Positions 51,209 to 63,896 of a stretch of 64,000 nt of DNA are shown here, one piece after another. The stretch is from Mytilus edulis (taxonomy: Eukaryota), in the NCBI RefSeq assembly GCF_963676685.1, contig NC_092354.1:45384001-45448000 (forward strand). The letters are read 5' to 3'. Position 1 is the first letter of the stretch. Every line of letters starts with the position of its first letter. The notes beneath the pieces were generated by a model that was not told the DNA's origin, did no database searches, and saw nothing but the letters and a program-made list of their open reading frames with translations. A program made the position numbers and the translations under genes.

Positions 51209-52446
51209 CTAGTAATTAACTTCTTTAAATCTTCCATCTTCAAAATTAATTTGTGCATCTTGTATAACAAACAGATAAACATTTATTGATTCATCTGCTC
51301 CTACCTTTTTCGTTATTTGGATGGTAATACTTTCAGAGGCATTTTCAATTTTTCTTCCTGAACCGTGTAATGAGTTATCATCTGTTGAACGTAAATCTAA
51401 CCATAATGCGAAATTATCTGTTAAATATTTTTCTAATGTTGTATAAGAGAAACATACATCTTTTAAAACTGCTTCTGTTGTTTTATTTCTTTTTGAATTT
51501 AAAGAAAAGAATTTATTTATTTCATCCCATTGTTGATATGCTTTCATTCCTTGACTGTATAGTTGATTTGGAACACCTCCTATTGTCATTTCTACTTTTG
51601 TTATGTTAGGATTATAATAAGTGTCTGTACTTGTTCTTTTAGGATCTTCGAACAACATTAGAATTCCTTTCATACTTCTAGCTGGAACATTTAAATTAAT
51701 ATTCCACAATGTATCAGATTTGTTTTTGGTTATTTTTCTATGTCTTAGTATTCTATCGTACAAAATAACCATCTTACCATCAACTTGTTGTCTTATCTGT
51801 CTTGCTAATTCTGTATCAGAAACCATATCAAATTCTAAACAAATGTTTTTGATTTGATAACTTTGTTGTAGTCATTGAATGTAAGTTCATATTCAAGTCT
51901 ATCACCAAGACCTGCTTGATAAAAAGGCATATGAGTTTCTAGTAGTTCAAAATCAAGTGGGATACAAAATTTTGCACCATATGCAGTTGCAATTGCTTCA
52001 TCGCCTGTGTCTGCTGCTTTATCATCCGCGTTAACTCTGTGTTTTAACATGTTTGTTTCACCAATACCTAAGTATGCCATATTTACACGTTCAGATGTAG
52101 ATTTCCATAAATCAACATAACAATGATAAATATCACTATCATCAATTGACATAATTTCATTTCCACTTATACGAATTGTTTTTTTTTTAACTATTGCTCT
52201 TCCTATGTTTTGATATATAGTTGCATTGTCGTCTGTAGATGTGAGTTCTATTTCGAATGCCAATCTGGTTGTTCCAGGAACAATGACATCATTATTGCTT
52301 AGATTGGGGAATCTCACTAATAGCTGTTGATTTTGATCAATAGTTGAAGGATTATTTGTTATTACTACACTTTGACGAATACCTTTCACACCACGGGGTT
52401 CTCTTATTTTTCTGTAAGGATTTAATTTGTTTCCGTATGCCGACAT
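51209..52446 (-). pseudogene. Major capsid protein of a different Polinton-like lineage, split by a frameshift
   Basis: The two ORFs join at KVIKS / IKNICLEFDMV to give ~410 beta-rich aa. The C-terminus FALWLDLRSTDDNSLHGSG...ITIQI resembles a jelly-roll capsid end. No evident close similarity to 29822-31129. Confidence 0.7.
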
Positions 52447-52554
52447 TTTTAAGGATTAAATTTGTTATAAAAATAATTCAACTACCGCTGATACTAGAGT
52501 ATTGATACATGCAGAATTATCACTAACAAAACCTGTAGTAAAGTTATTATAACC

Positions 52555-53338
52555 GTGTGTGACACCACCACCCAAACTTATAACGTCGTCATCACATGTA
52601 AACATATAGCAGACTGGTGCGGTCTTTCGTTTCAAATTAACAGTGGTGAGACATTAATTTTACCTTCAAATCAGTGTGAACGTGAAGCAGATATGGAATC
52701 AGAACAACAATGGACTTTTACCCAAAAACAATTGATTAATGATTATAGAATTTACTATCAAAATATGGGATTGTTGGTTAACGAACTTGATTCAAATGGA
52801 CCAACCGGAAAGATGCCGAAGCTTCCTAAAAAACCTAAACAACGGCTTAGTGACGTTTATGGAACGAAAAAAGTGAATAAGGAAAAAATGACCCCCCAAG
52901 AACTGCACAAATATCTACCAGACAACATTGCTGATGTTAACCACACAATTCTAGAGAAACATTCAGCCAGGCTTATTTGCTTTTTGGCAATGAGAGTGAG
53001 ACGAACATTGTGGAAAAATTAAATAAAGGGATACGAAATCTAAAACGGCAGGATGCTCAAACACTTTTAATTCATATTAGTTTTGGACATTTTTTAAATC
53101 TTACCAAAGCCTGGCTGGAAAATGAAAGGAAAGAAGGAAGAATTTAACAATCTTGGTATGCATGGTTAAAAGAGAAGACAGGGTATTCCGATGACCACGC
53201 GAGGAAGCTACGTGCTCTCGCAAAGGTTCTTCACGAATACCATCAATTTTTTAATGTGGGATTACCTCTAAATTTCTTTTTGAGAAAACTAAAAGAAATA
53301 GACATCATGCTACAAATTCCAGAACTCAATGCATTCTG
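52555..53338 (+). pseudogene. Unknown frameshifted ORF, probably part of the same Polinton-like relic
   Basis: 155-aa ORF with coding-like sequence continuing in other frames to ~53338; divergent from the capsid gene. Confidence 0.35.
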
Positions 53339-53579
53339 AAAATGTACCAAAGGGTCACCCAAAAAGCTGGGACGCCACAATTATTTGAAAAAATTGGTTA
53401 CCTCGGGCGCAGGAACGCCACAAAAATGATAAAACAGTAACTTAGAGACTAATATAAACAAAATCAAATTCTGTTTAAGATTATTCATGTTTTTAATACT
53501 TCATATATGTTTGAAACATTTTGTTTTATTACACCCAAAGCCAAACAACTTACGAGACAAATAAAAGTCCTGATTATTT

Positions 53580-53842
53580 TTGTGGAGGCCCGAAGGTCCC
53601 GAAATCTCAACAATTCCGACTAAGCATGTCAATTCCTGTCAATTATAGAAACAGAGACACTGAACGATCATCTCCTTGAAAGCAGGAAACCCGTAACTGA
53701 TTTACAGAAAATCCATGTAACACCGGTGAAATCGGCACCTGACAAAGGCACGTCTCTGAATGATCGAACCCGTCGATTGACGGAAGAACGGTTAATGCAG
53801 CCGCTGGCACAGCCGCCACGCAATTCCACGCGTGACCAAGAT
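53580..53842 (+). pseudogene. Decayed PBS and gag 5' end related to 12195-12545
   Basis: GTGGAGGCCCGAA, GTAACACCGGTGAAATC, CCTGACAAAGGCACGTCTC and GCACAGCCGCCA are shared with the first gag. Confidence 0.85.
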
Positions 53843-53975
53843 TATTTTTTTTTTTGCGTTAATAAAGGGTATACATTACCCTCTTCGGTTATAAACAGTA
53901 CACAGAATGCCTGTATGTGGATTTGTCAGTTTGGACTGTTGAAGGTTTTAACAACTTTTTTTTTCTTGTTTCCAG

Positions 53976-54049
53976 AAATCCGGGAAATAATGAGATTACA
54001 TCAATAGAACAAAATGCGTTTGAAGGATTAACATCTCTCTAAAGACATT
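53976..54049 (+). pseudogene. Isolated leucine-rich-repeat exon relic
   Basis: Pyrimidine tract + CAG, then NPGNNEITSIEQNAFEGLTSL(KTL), then GT. Length 74 bp equals a 72-bp LRR exon plus a 2-bp CT slip. Confidence 0.65.
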
Positions 54050-57000
54050 GTTAAATTGAGACTATATTTGGTTGAGGCTCGTTAATAAATGTTGGACGAC
54101 CTTTAAAATCCAACATCAAACATCAACATCTAGACATTACAACTTGCCATGGACAAAGACAGTGTTTCGACAATTCGAACCGGAATATTTACAGTTGAAC
54201 ATTATGTTTATACCTTTCGGACTAATCACTTTTACATTTGTTTCCAGTTAATGATTTATTTGTGACTTTATCAGAATACACAATTGTACATTGATACTAT
54301 ATTATAATGCATTTTTTTCTAAGAACCAAGAACTACTATCAACATCAGTGACATTAATAACTCTAATAACTAAGTTGATATTGTTGTGTATTTTAATTGT
54401 AAAAAATATATTTTCATGAAACTTGTACATCAAACGCTTATTGATAAAATCTAATTTTTTTAACTTAAAATTTTCAGCTGAGAAACAAAATGTTTATTTT
54501 CATTTCACAAATCGTATTGCATTACATGTCCAACAATATTAAGAAAAACTTTTAAAAAAGACTGTCTTAACAAGTTATAAAAACAAGTGTTGTAGAATTG
54601 TATTCATTTAAATCGTCTTTTGAATAACTTTTCAGAATAATGTTAATTAGAACTTTGTTAGTACTAAAACATGTGTTTTAAACGCATGTCAATATTAATA
54701 TTTGCAATAAGACGTCTTTAAGATTAGGTACAACTTCATTTAGGGTTACATAAAATGAATATCCTTGTTAGTAAGTTACCTATTAGGAACAAGTTAGTCC
54801 AATTCTTTTAGCCGTGTTCTGTTGGATAATCTTATTCCGGTACAAATTTATAATAATTTATATTTAAATTTAAAAAAAAAAGGTTTAATTGAATGGTAAT
54901 TATTATTGTTATTATATTATTTTTAATTTGAATTGTAGTATTTAATTATTGTTTTCAATTTATTTTGACTATAATATTTGTACTGTGAAATTTGATTATA
55001 ATTATAATAATGTTCTCTTTATCATAATATTATAGCGTATTTCTTGAGTTTTCTAGTTTGGTTTTCTTTTGCGTTGTTGATTCCGGCCTCCTATCGTGAA
55101 CCTAAGAAATGTATACTTATATACTTATTTAAAATTAAGTGTTAATTATCAAGGCTTAATTGATCACCTGAAAAAAGCAGGTATTAATCTTTAAAAGAGG
55201 GCCCTTTATAGTTAAATAGTCCCATGAATATTAAATGAGGATTAATCTAGAAACCCAGTTATATTGTCTATGTCGTTCCGGTTTCATCAAGTAGACATCA
55301 TTAATAAAGAAATTTAACAGACAATTGACATTGCGTATGGTTAAAATGTCAAATAATCAAAGTGTGTTCCAGGTCATTTTTATACAGGTAAATAAAAATA
55401 ATTTTGACATTAACAGTTCTTATATAAGAATACAATTTGAAAGAGTTAAATACGGGATTTTCATTTCGTAAAAATATTAAGTCTGTACTAATAAATAATA
55501 TTGAAATCAAATTATCAATCCGCCTTATTAGAGTTAAATACATAATTCTCATTTCGTAAAGAGATAAACATCTGGAACGCGTCGATTACGACAAGGAAAA
55601 AAACCTTTAAATTTAGTGATTCGAAATAGGCACCGAAGTTGTGGCCGAAATTCTAAAAATTACGATTCAGGTCTAGATGAATTCATATAATTGACATTGC
55701 GTACAGTTAAAATCTCAAATGATCAAAGTTTGTCTACACAGGTAAATAAAGTAATTTTGACGTTAATAGTTCTTATACTGAATACAATTTGAAAGAGCTA
55801 TGTACAGAATTCTCATTTCGTAAAGATATTAAGACTTTAATAATAATAATATTGAAATAAAATTATCAATCCGCCTTGACCGATCTATGTGATACTACAG
55901 GTAGCACTGAAAACGAGAGGCTCTCCGATGGTGATCGTAACATGTATTATGAAACATCTAGCACTGCGTAGGTCTACCAATGTAATCGTAAAAAAAAAAT
56001 GAAGTGCCTCTACGTGGCTAGCTGAATGTAAGTATGATTTTCGTTTTTTTTTTTTAGAAATCCTACTTTTTACATGCTGCTAACATGTTTACGTGTCAAC
56101 ATATGGTGGGTGCCAGGTAATTAACTAGGCTACGTCACATACAGGTAACCAAAAATAACATTGTCGGTTGTGGTATCCATGACTGTAAATGGAGATCGTA
56201 TTTTACCATAATTCACTTTCGTTCTAAAATTTTCAGCAATCATAGACACCCCTGTTAAATCATCCTGACTCCATTGGTTATAAGTATCACCAGTTTCACC
56301 GAACGAAAATAATTTAACGGACCAAATGGTGTCATCAGTGAAATAACTTAATTGCGTTATGGCATTCTCGGGGAAGCCACGTCACACAGGTACATTGAAA
56401 TAAGAAAAATATCGTTGACATAGTTAGTACAGAATAAATGTACACGACGCGCTTTTTACCGTAAGGAGCTAAGAGCAGTCCAGTAAAATTTTGATTTTAT
56501 CTTTCAGTAAGGTATTCCATTTCTCTGACATATCAACCTGTCAACGAAAGGTCGGTCCCAGGTTACTAAGCTTTATCCTGCAATTGGGTGTCCTACTATA
56601 CAGATACAGCCCTACATATATCGCTATGCTGTATCTGTATACTATACAGATATCGCTTTAAAGCTCCGCCCACTGCCGGACTGAGTATTGTTTGAACCTG
56701 TGTGACCTCAGAATGTGTATTCCAGTTGCATTCCAATGACGATGACAATTGTCGATTTCAAAACTTGAATGTGTATGATTGTGTTACAAAATCAACCATG
56801 TCAATTTCAGCATGCATGTTTAGTGAATGCCAAGTCTGAAGCGTAGGACAACTCGTACACTTCTGTTTCAAATTTGACAATGTTTTGTTATTTTTTTTTA
56901 CTGTTGAAATTAGTTGTTATGTTAAAATAGATAATTATTCACCTTGAGCGATGTATTATTGTTGACCATTCGAGATTCTTTTTTGCGAATCCATCTTCAG

Positions 57001-57126
57001 CGTAATGTGCGATTTTGATATTACTACGCGGGCCTCAAGGGATTACAAATCGAAAATTAATGCTAAATATGTTAGTTTTTGTATCTTTCAAAACACAAAC
57101 AATTTACAGAATTAATTGCAGGATAA

Positions 57127-57277
57127 AGACAATAACTGTTTAGTGTCTTTAAATATCAGCTGTATTTGTACTCGGCTTGAAACAGGTATAGTAGCTCGCT
57201 AAAAGCTCGCATACACCTTGTTTTCTAGCCTCGTACAAATACAGCTGATATTTAAAGACACTAAACAGTTATTGTCT
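57127..57277. mobile_element. Hairpin MITE-like element with ~45-bp perfect inverted arms
   Basis: AGACAATAACTGTTTAGTGTCTTTAAATATCAGCTGTATTTGTAC and its exact reverse complement. Confidence 0.85.
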
Positions 57278-57352
57278 ATACGTCACATACAGGTAACCGA
57301 AAATAACTTTGTCGTATGTTGTATTACATGACTGTAAATGGAGATCGTATTC

Positions 57353-58596
57353 ACCATGTTTCTAAAGCTGGGAAGAATTGTTGGGCTAGTAGTATTGATG
57401 CTATCTTAAAATTACTTGATCTAAAAGAGTATCAGGTGCTCTCATCTAAAATAAACATTAGAAATATGGTGAAAAAGAAATTATATTTAAAGTATTGCAG
57501 CATATGGAAGAAAGAATTATTTAATGATAAAAGACAAAATAAGACCTCTGGAAATAAACTTAGAACTTATCGATTATTTAAACCAAATTTTAATTTTGAG
57601 CCTTACTTAGGGAGCTACCATTTGATTTTTATGGGGGGGCTAGGATGAAAAATTTTGTCCTGCATTTTTTTTAGCTGTAATCTCTGTCCTGCCTTTTTAT
57701 TTTTCACTCTGTTCAGTCCTGCCTTTTTTTTTTTAGTTTATCCTGACTTTTTTTTACCTAAATTGTCGTCCTGACTTTTTTTTTTTTGCAAGTGTCTCAT
57801 CCTGCCTTTTTTTTTTACTCAAAACTCCTGTCCTGCCTATTTTTTTCAAATTTCATCCTAGCCCCCCCCTATAAATCAAATGGTAGCTCCCTTATTGAAA
57901 TTACCATATATTCAAAGATGTGTTTTAACAAGATTTAGAATTGGAGCTCACAAACTTGAAATAGAAAAAGGTCGTTATTTTAATATTAAACTAGAAAATA
58001 GAATATGCAAACTCTGTAATGAGGAAATAGAAGATGAGATGCATTTTCTTTTAACATGTAAAACTCTGGATAATGTCAGAAATCCCTTTCTAAGCAAAAT
58101 ATATAGTAAAAATAAAAATATTTCAAAACTTGATAACAAATCTCTTTTTATTTGGCTAATGGGAAATGAAGATAAAAAACATTTTGATAATAATTTGTCA
58201 GTTATTAGAGGTTTTAAATATAAACAGAAATACAATATTAAATTAGATTTCTCTATAAAAAATTATGTATGATCAAATATGCATTTACATAAGTTATTTC
58301 TTTTACATTTGATAAATTATTAGTATATACTACGAGGTGTGCTGTCCAATAAAGGACCAGAATAACAGACTATTGGTCATATTGTATTATATATGTTTAT
58401 TATTTACAAATTGCCTACTTCATTTTCTTTAATATTATATCAATCAACTAAATCAATATCAATCATATTATGTACTTTGTTTAACCTATTTTGAATTTAC
58501 TTTACATTATGTTTGAAAATTATATTATAATTATTCTGCTCATTCTGGGCGCCGTGATTGGCAAATAAAATATTTGTTGTTGTTGTTGTTGTTGTT
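57353..58596 (+). mobile_element. 5'-truncated LINE (C-terminal CCHC region, UTR, AATAAA, (TTG)n tail)
   Basis: KLRTYRLFK...EPYL / TRFRIGAHKLEIEKGRY...RICKLC...EDEMHFLLTC. Flanks match the uninterrupted paralog at 56130-56265. Confidence 0.85.
57610..57891. mobile_element. PIF/Harbinger-type MITE inside the LINE
   Basis: TTA|GGGAGCTACCATTTGATTT ... AAATCAAATGGTAGCTCCC|TTA. Confidence 0.9.
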
Positions 58597-59547
58597 TCCC
58601 TTTCGTCCTACAATGTACGGCAAACATCGACACCCTTGTTAAATCTACTTGACTGAATATAAAACAAGTCTCAGGAGTTTCATTAAAGGAAAACAATTGA
58701 TAGTGCTACAAGGTATCAATACTAAAACGACAAAATTATTTTATGTCACACAGGTACATTGAAAATAAGAAAAATAACGTTGACATTGTTAGTACAGAAA
58801 AATGTAAACAACAGGTTATTTATTTCAGGTATAATCGCTGTTCGGAATACAAATTCACCAGATTAGCTCAAAGCATTAATAGCGTTATTTTAGATACTTT
58901 TGAGAGATGTTAATGAAGCTACCATTGACACATCATTAACAAAAACAATGATAAATATAGATATATCTTACATGAAATATAAATCAATCGACAATTGCTG
59001 GTTAATAAAATTATTAAATAAAATAGTAAATTTATGAAATACATGTTATAATCAATCAAGGGGTCTTTGAGGTGTAAATAAGGTACAATATGTTAGATTT
59101 AAATCTGTATTTATGTATTATACTTATGCTGTGCTTAAACCATCAGGAATTGTCTATTGTGGAATACAATATTAATATTAAACTTTTCACTGCTTAAAAT
59201 GTATAAATACTTACCTCAATGTCAGCGTATTCGTCCATACATATTATGCTGTATTTGTAGTTCAACAAAATGTATTTTTGAAGCATATTTGAATGTAGCG
59301 GTACATGTAATAAATCCACGATATGCACTATTGAATATTCCTTTACACTTCCTAATAGATACAAGTAAAATATCTTGCAAACAGTTTACTTTTTTAGTAA
59401 ACATAGCCAACATAATTTTAAAAGCAAATGATGAAGTTGACATACGTTATTATCCTAAATTTGTTTACATTCTCCATTTCACTTTTTCAAATAAAAGTAT
59501 ACACACACATTATGTGAATAAGACACGCATATCAAACAGATATATTT

Positions 59548-60423
59548 CCCCCAAGGGTGACTGGGGTATAGAAATATGGTCACTTGGTCTTCTCCCGACC
59601 GGCAGTAAAACGCTTGCTGAAGTGGGGCGTCCGTTTGGCTGTGCGGGATGTATCAAGTTCGCAGTCGCGTCCTGTCAGAAGGGGACGTTAAATCCGATGC
59701 CTCGTGTAAAGAGAGTGCCACGCTCTTTGCACGTTAAGAACCCTTGCAACAACTCTTTGAGGGGTCCGGTCCGTAGGTGGCCTGTTACAAGGCAAAATTT
59801 TTGTCCCTATCCAATATACCCTCATTTTCCAGTGGCAAGCCAAATTTCCCCGACCATCCTCCTAGATGGCATCTATTACAACAACCTACCTATTGAATTT
59901 ATTGTAAACTTGTTCTCGTCCTGAATATGCATGAAATAATTGCCACGGGACGTTAAGCAACCAACAATCAATCAATCAAACAGATGTAACCCCAAGGGTG
60001 ACTGGGGTATAGAAATATGGCCACTTGGTCTTCTCCCGACCGACAGTAAAACGCTTACCGAAGTGGGGCGTCCGTTTGGCTATGCGGGATGTATCAAGTT
60101 CGCAGTCACGTCCGGTCAGAAGGGGACGTTAAATCCGATGCCTCGTGTAAAGAGAGTGCCACGCTCTTTGCACGTTAAGAACCCTTGCAACAACTCTTTG
60201 AGTGGTCCGTAGGTGGCCTGTTGCAAGGCAAAATTTCTATCCTTATCCAATATACCCTCATTTTCCAGTGGCAGTCCAAATTTCTCCGTCCATCATCCAT
60301 GATGGCCTCTATTGTATCAACTTACCTATTGTATTTATTGTGAACTTGTTTTCGTCCTGAATATGCATAAAATATTTGCCACTGGACGTTAATCAACCAA
60401 CAATCAATCAATCAATCAATCAA
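59548..60423 (+). mobile_element. Head-to-tail dimer of the SINE (59548-59978, 59990-60423)
   Basis: Target ATCAAACAGAT(A/G)TA occurs before, between and after the two copies. Confidence 0.92.
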
Positions 60424-60731
60424 ACAGATATATCCATTCAAATAGTCATTGTAAGGCAGTAACAAATCACACGTGGATGTTGATTATTTCAGTGTCAATT
60501 TTATTGTCTATTGATTTTTACAAAACAAGGTCAAATCAGGCCGGTAAATTAAATGCCGTATTCACAGGTAGCGTGTTTTATTTGCTACCTGTAGCTTGAT
60601 GAATTGTACTTTTTATGTTTATAGAAATAGAGTGATATGCATTGTTGATTTCTATATGATTGTTATAAACATGTGTTTTAATTGTACTGTTTGCAGACAT
60701 TGACAGTTTTGTGAGGAAGTAATACAATTAT

Positions 60732-61650
60732 ATGAAACTATACTTTGAAATGGCATCTAAATTTCTAATAAACTTAAGTAGTTTAAATGTAAATGGTACT
60801 AAAAATAAAGCTAAAAGAGACAAAGTAATTGAATGGATTAAATGTCAAAATACTTCTATCTGTTTTCTACAAGAAACTCATTTTAATGAAAACATAGAAA
60901 CAGAAATAAGAAACAATTCAGATTTTGACACATTTTGGAGTCACGGAACGACCTCTAGTAGGGGTGTGGCTATTCTCATTAAAAGGTCACTGAATTATAA
61001 GTTGATAAATAAACATAACGATGTAGATGGACGATTAATTCTTTTAAATGTAGAAATTGATGAAAGCGTTTTTACACTAATGTGTATATATGCACCTAAT
61101 TGTAAAAGTAATAGAAATATATTTTTCAAAAAAGTAAATAATACATTAAAAGAACAATGGATAGGAATAACGATAATGGGGGGAGATTTCAATGATACGA
61201 TGAAAGCGATAGACAGGAAAAATGCCCGTTCAGAGGTAAAAAATATACAATCAGTAAATAGTTTAAAATCTTTAATAAAAACAAATAACTTAACAGACCT
61301 TTGGAAATATTCAAATAAAAATAAACAACAATATACTTGGCGAAGAAAAGATAAATCACAGGCAAGTAGGATTGATATGATTCTGATAGGTTCAGATTTC
61401 ATACCACTAGTAGAATGTTGTAAAATTAAACCTGCAGTTATTGATTCTACGGATCATCAAAGTGTTTTTATGAAGTTTAGAACTGGTGCATCAGAAAGGG
61501 TATGGGGTACTGGAAAATAAATAATTCTATATTAGAAGATAATGACTACATACAATTAGTAAATCAAGAAATGGAAAGCTGCTTTATGGGTAATTGTAAT
61601 TTAAAAAACCTTAGTTTAGCATGGGATATATTAAAAATTGGGTGTTTAAA
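60732..61650 (+). pseudogene. L1/Tx1-type LINE ORF2 AP endonuclease, frameshifted and truncated
   Basis: LNVNG, FLQETH, SRGVAIL, IYAPN, GGDFN, SRIDMI and TDH motifs, then GYWKINNSIL in another frame. Confidence 0.92.
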
Positions 61651-61869
61651 TTTAAATCCTATTAATCATTTAAAAAATGTCTATGGCTAGCATACGAGTT
61701 TCATACAACAACTGTAGGCAACATTATAAATCTACATATCATTTGAAGTTCTATTTCCCATATTTTTGGTCGTGTTGATATTGATGATATTAATCATGTT
61801 TAGTTGTAAGTGCTAGTGGGAAGTACAACAGCTGTAACAAAATAGGTGTTTAAAAATGATAACTCAGCA

Positions 61870-62101
61870 TTATTTTGTATGACGCCATATGGATACTTAA
61901 AACATGACATCATTTGGTTATTTTGTCTTTTCTCATATGAAGTCAAAGTTAAAAACGTCATTGTGATAATTAAGAAATGACGTCATATGATTGTGCGGCA
62001 ATGTATAATGTGACGTCATTATGTGATGTGACGTCTTTGGTGTTATTATTTGTCACGTGATGTGACGTCATTATGGGAGTCAAGGAACCCCCCTTAGTAG
62101 T
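61870..62101. mobile_element. Orphan Maverick-type right terminus
   Basis: GAACCCCCCTTAGTAGT matches the Maverick end GAACCCCCGTTAGTAGT at 16/17; preceded by repeated TGACGTCA. Confidence 0.55.
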
Positions 62102-63319
62102 AGCAACCCAACAATGGGTTGTTTGATTCATCTGAAAATGTCAGGGCCGATAGATATTGACCTAATGAACATTTTACCCCATCTCAGATTTGCTCTTAAT
62201 GCTTTCGTTTTTGAGATATAAGCCAAAAACTGCATTTGACCCCTATGTTCTATTTTAAGTAACGGCGGCCATGTTTTTTTTAGGGATCAAAAATCGAAGC
62301 ACACACTTTGTGCAGGATAATCTACGGAACAATCATGCTAAGTTTCATCCAAATCCATTCAGTAGTTTCAGAGGAGAAGATTTTTAAAGTTAGCAAATAT
62401 GATGAACAAATTGTGAAAAATTGTCATTAAAGGACAATAACCCCTTGAGGGGTCAATTGACAATTTTGGTCATATTAAGGTTTATGTACCCTTCTGTAGC
62501 CATTTTTGTACGAATTTTTCAAACCTCAATTGTATCAAAACTACAGATATAATGAATAATAGAGATATGCCATTTTGTACATATTCCAAGGGGAAACTTG
62601 ATGCAAAGCATTATTTTTTACTGTTTCATTGCATTTGATAGAAAAAGAGGACTTTGTGGCAAATAAATCAAGATTTTTGTTATAAAATTTGAAACATAAA
62701 TTACTCACTTGATTTTCTATGATGTGCTAGTGTTTATTTTGTACAAAAAGTTCTAAGCAACCTGTAAATTCCAAAACACCTCGTGCTGAGTCAATTAAGT
62801 CGAGTGCACCCTAAAAGGTGTACTTGATTTTGGCCATATTTATATTTGTTTCAACCAATAACTACATTTATAAACTTGTTTTAAGGAAATCAATGCTAGC
62901 ACTGCATGCATTAAACCTTTATCTATCAGTCATCAAATTGCCAAATATGAGAATACAAGGATAAAGGCTGTGGATTTTCTATAAAAATCTTAACTTATTT
63001 GTAGATCTTACTTTGCTGATCATTTTTGCTGTTTACAGTTTATTTGTATCTATATTAATATTCAAGATAATGACAAAAAACTGCAATGAGCGAAGTCCAT
63101 ATACTCGTGGAAAGACAGTCCTGAGGAAACATAAGCATAGGAAATATATGATAACATACTTAAACTGTGTGTACTAGCGAACGTTGAATACTTTACAGAC
63201 CTTTGTCTTTGACATTAATTATGATAATTGGTAATTAAAGATAATAATTATTTTTACAACCACACACACTTGCCTTGTATATAAGCATTGGAATCGATCT
63301 TGTATGTCATACCGAGATC

Positions 63320-63896
63320 ATGGTGTACTTCAGAAATAAGAAGGGGGCCAACTGCTTCTACCAGACCTTTGGACGGGGTAAGGTAGTTAAAGTTAAGAAG
63401 TTTGAGGATTTTTTTTATATATGTCTGGAAAAGAAACGAGAGTTTGGTAGAGGGATTTGTCTGGGAGTGGATGAATTTAGCGAACTTTCACTCATAGTGA
63501 AAAAAATGAACACAATAAAGAAAGAGCTGGAGAAAAGGGTAAGTTAATTTTATGAAAATAATCTAAAATATGAAGGAATATAAAAGAAGATGTGGTATGA
63601 GTGCATCTGAGACAACTCTCCATCTATGTCACAAAGTAGTAAAAGTAAGAGATTAAACCTATACGGTTAAAGTATTTTATTGTCACGCATGATTTTGATT
63701 ACTAGAATTAGTTTGACATTAGTTTTCTGTGCAGGATAGAATTCTATATTTTTTTCTAAAATGAAGACATTTACACATGTCAAAGAGTCATCTACCCAAC
63801 TAAAATATGCCCCGTTTCCATTCTTTATTCGTTAATAAATTCCTATTTTGTTTTCAGGACAGAGCAAGTGATAAAGAACAAAAGAAAGAATCAAAA
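63320..63896 (+). CDS. Partial spliced gene with a divergent PC4-like domain (exons 63320-63538, 63858-63896, continuing beyond)
   Basis: FGRGKVVKVKKFEDFFYICL...RGICLGVDEFSEL pattern; GTAAGT at 63539, TTTTCAG at 63857, GTGAGT at 63897; in frame. Confidence 0.45.

Noticed and set aside
59157-60212. 255-aa and 90-aa ORFs, and ORFs 50848/50886
   Set aside because: They run through SINE copies and have no protein motifs.
62475-62993. TTAA-flanked Kolobok/piggyBac-like insert
   Set aside because: TTAA is present on both sides but the terminal inverted repeats are too degenerate to call.
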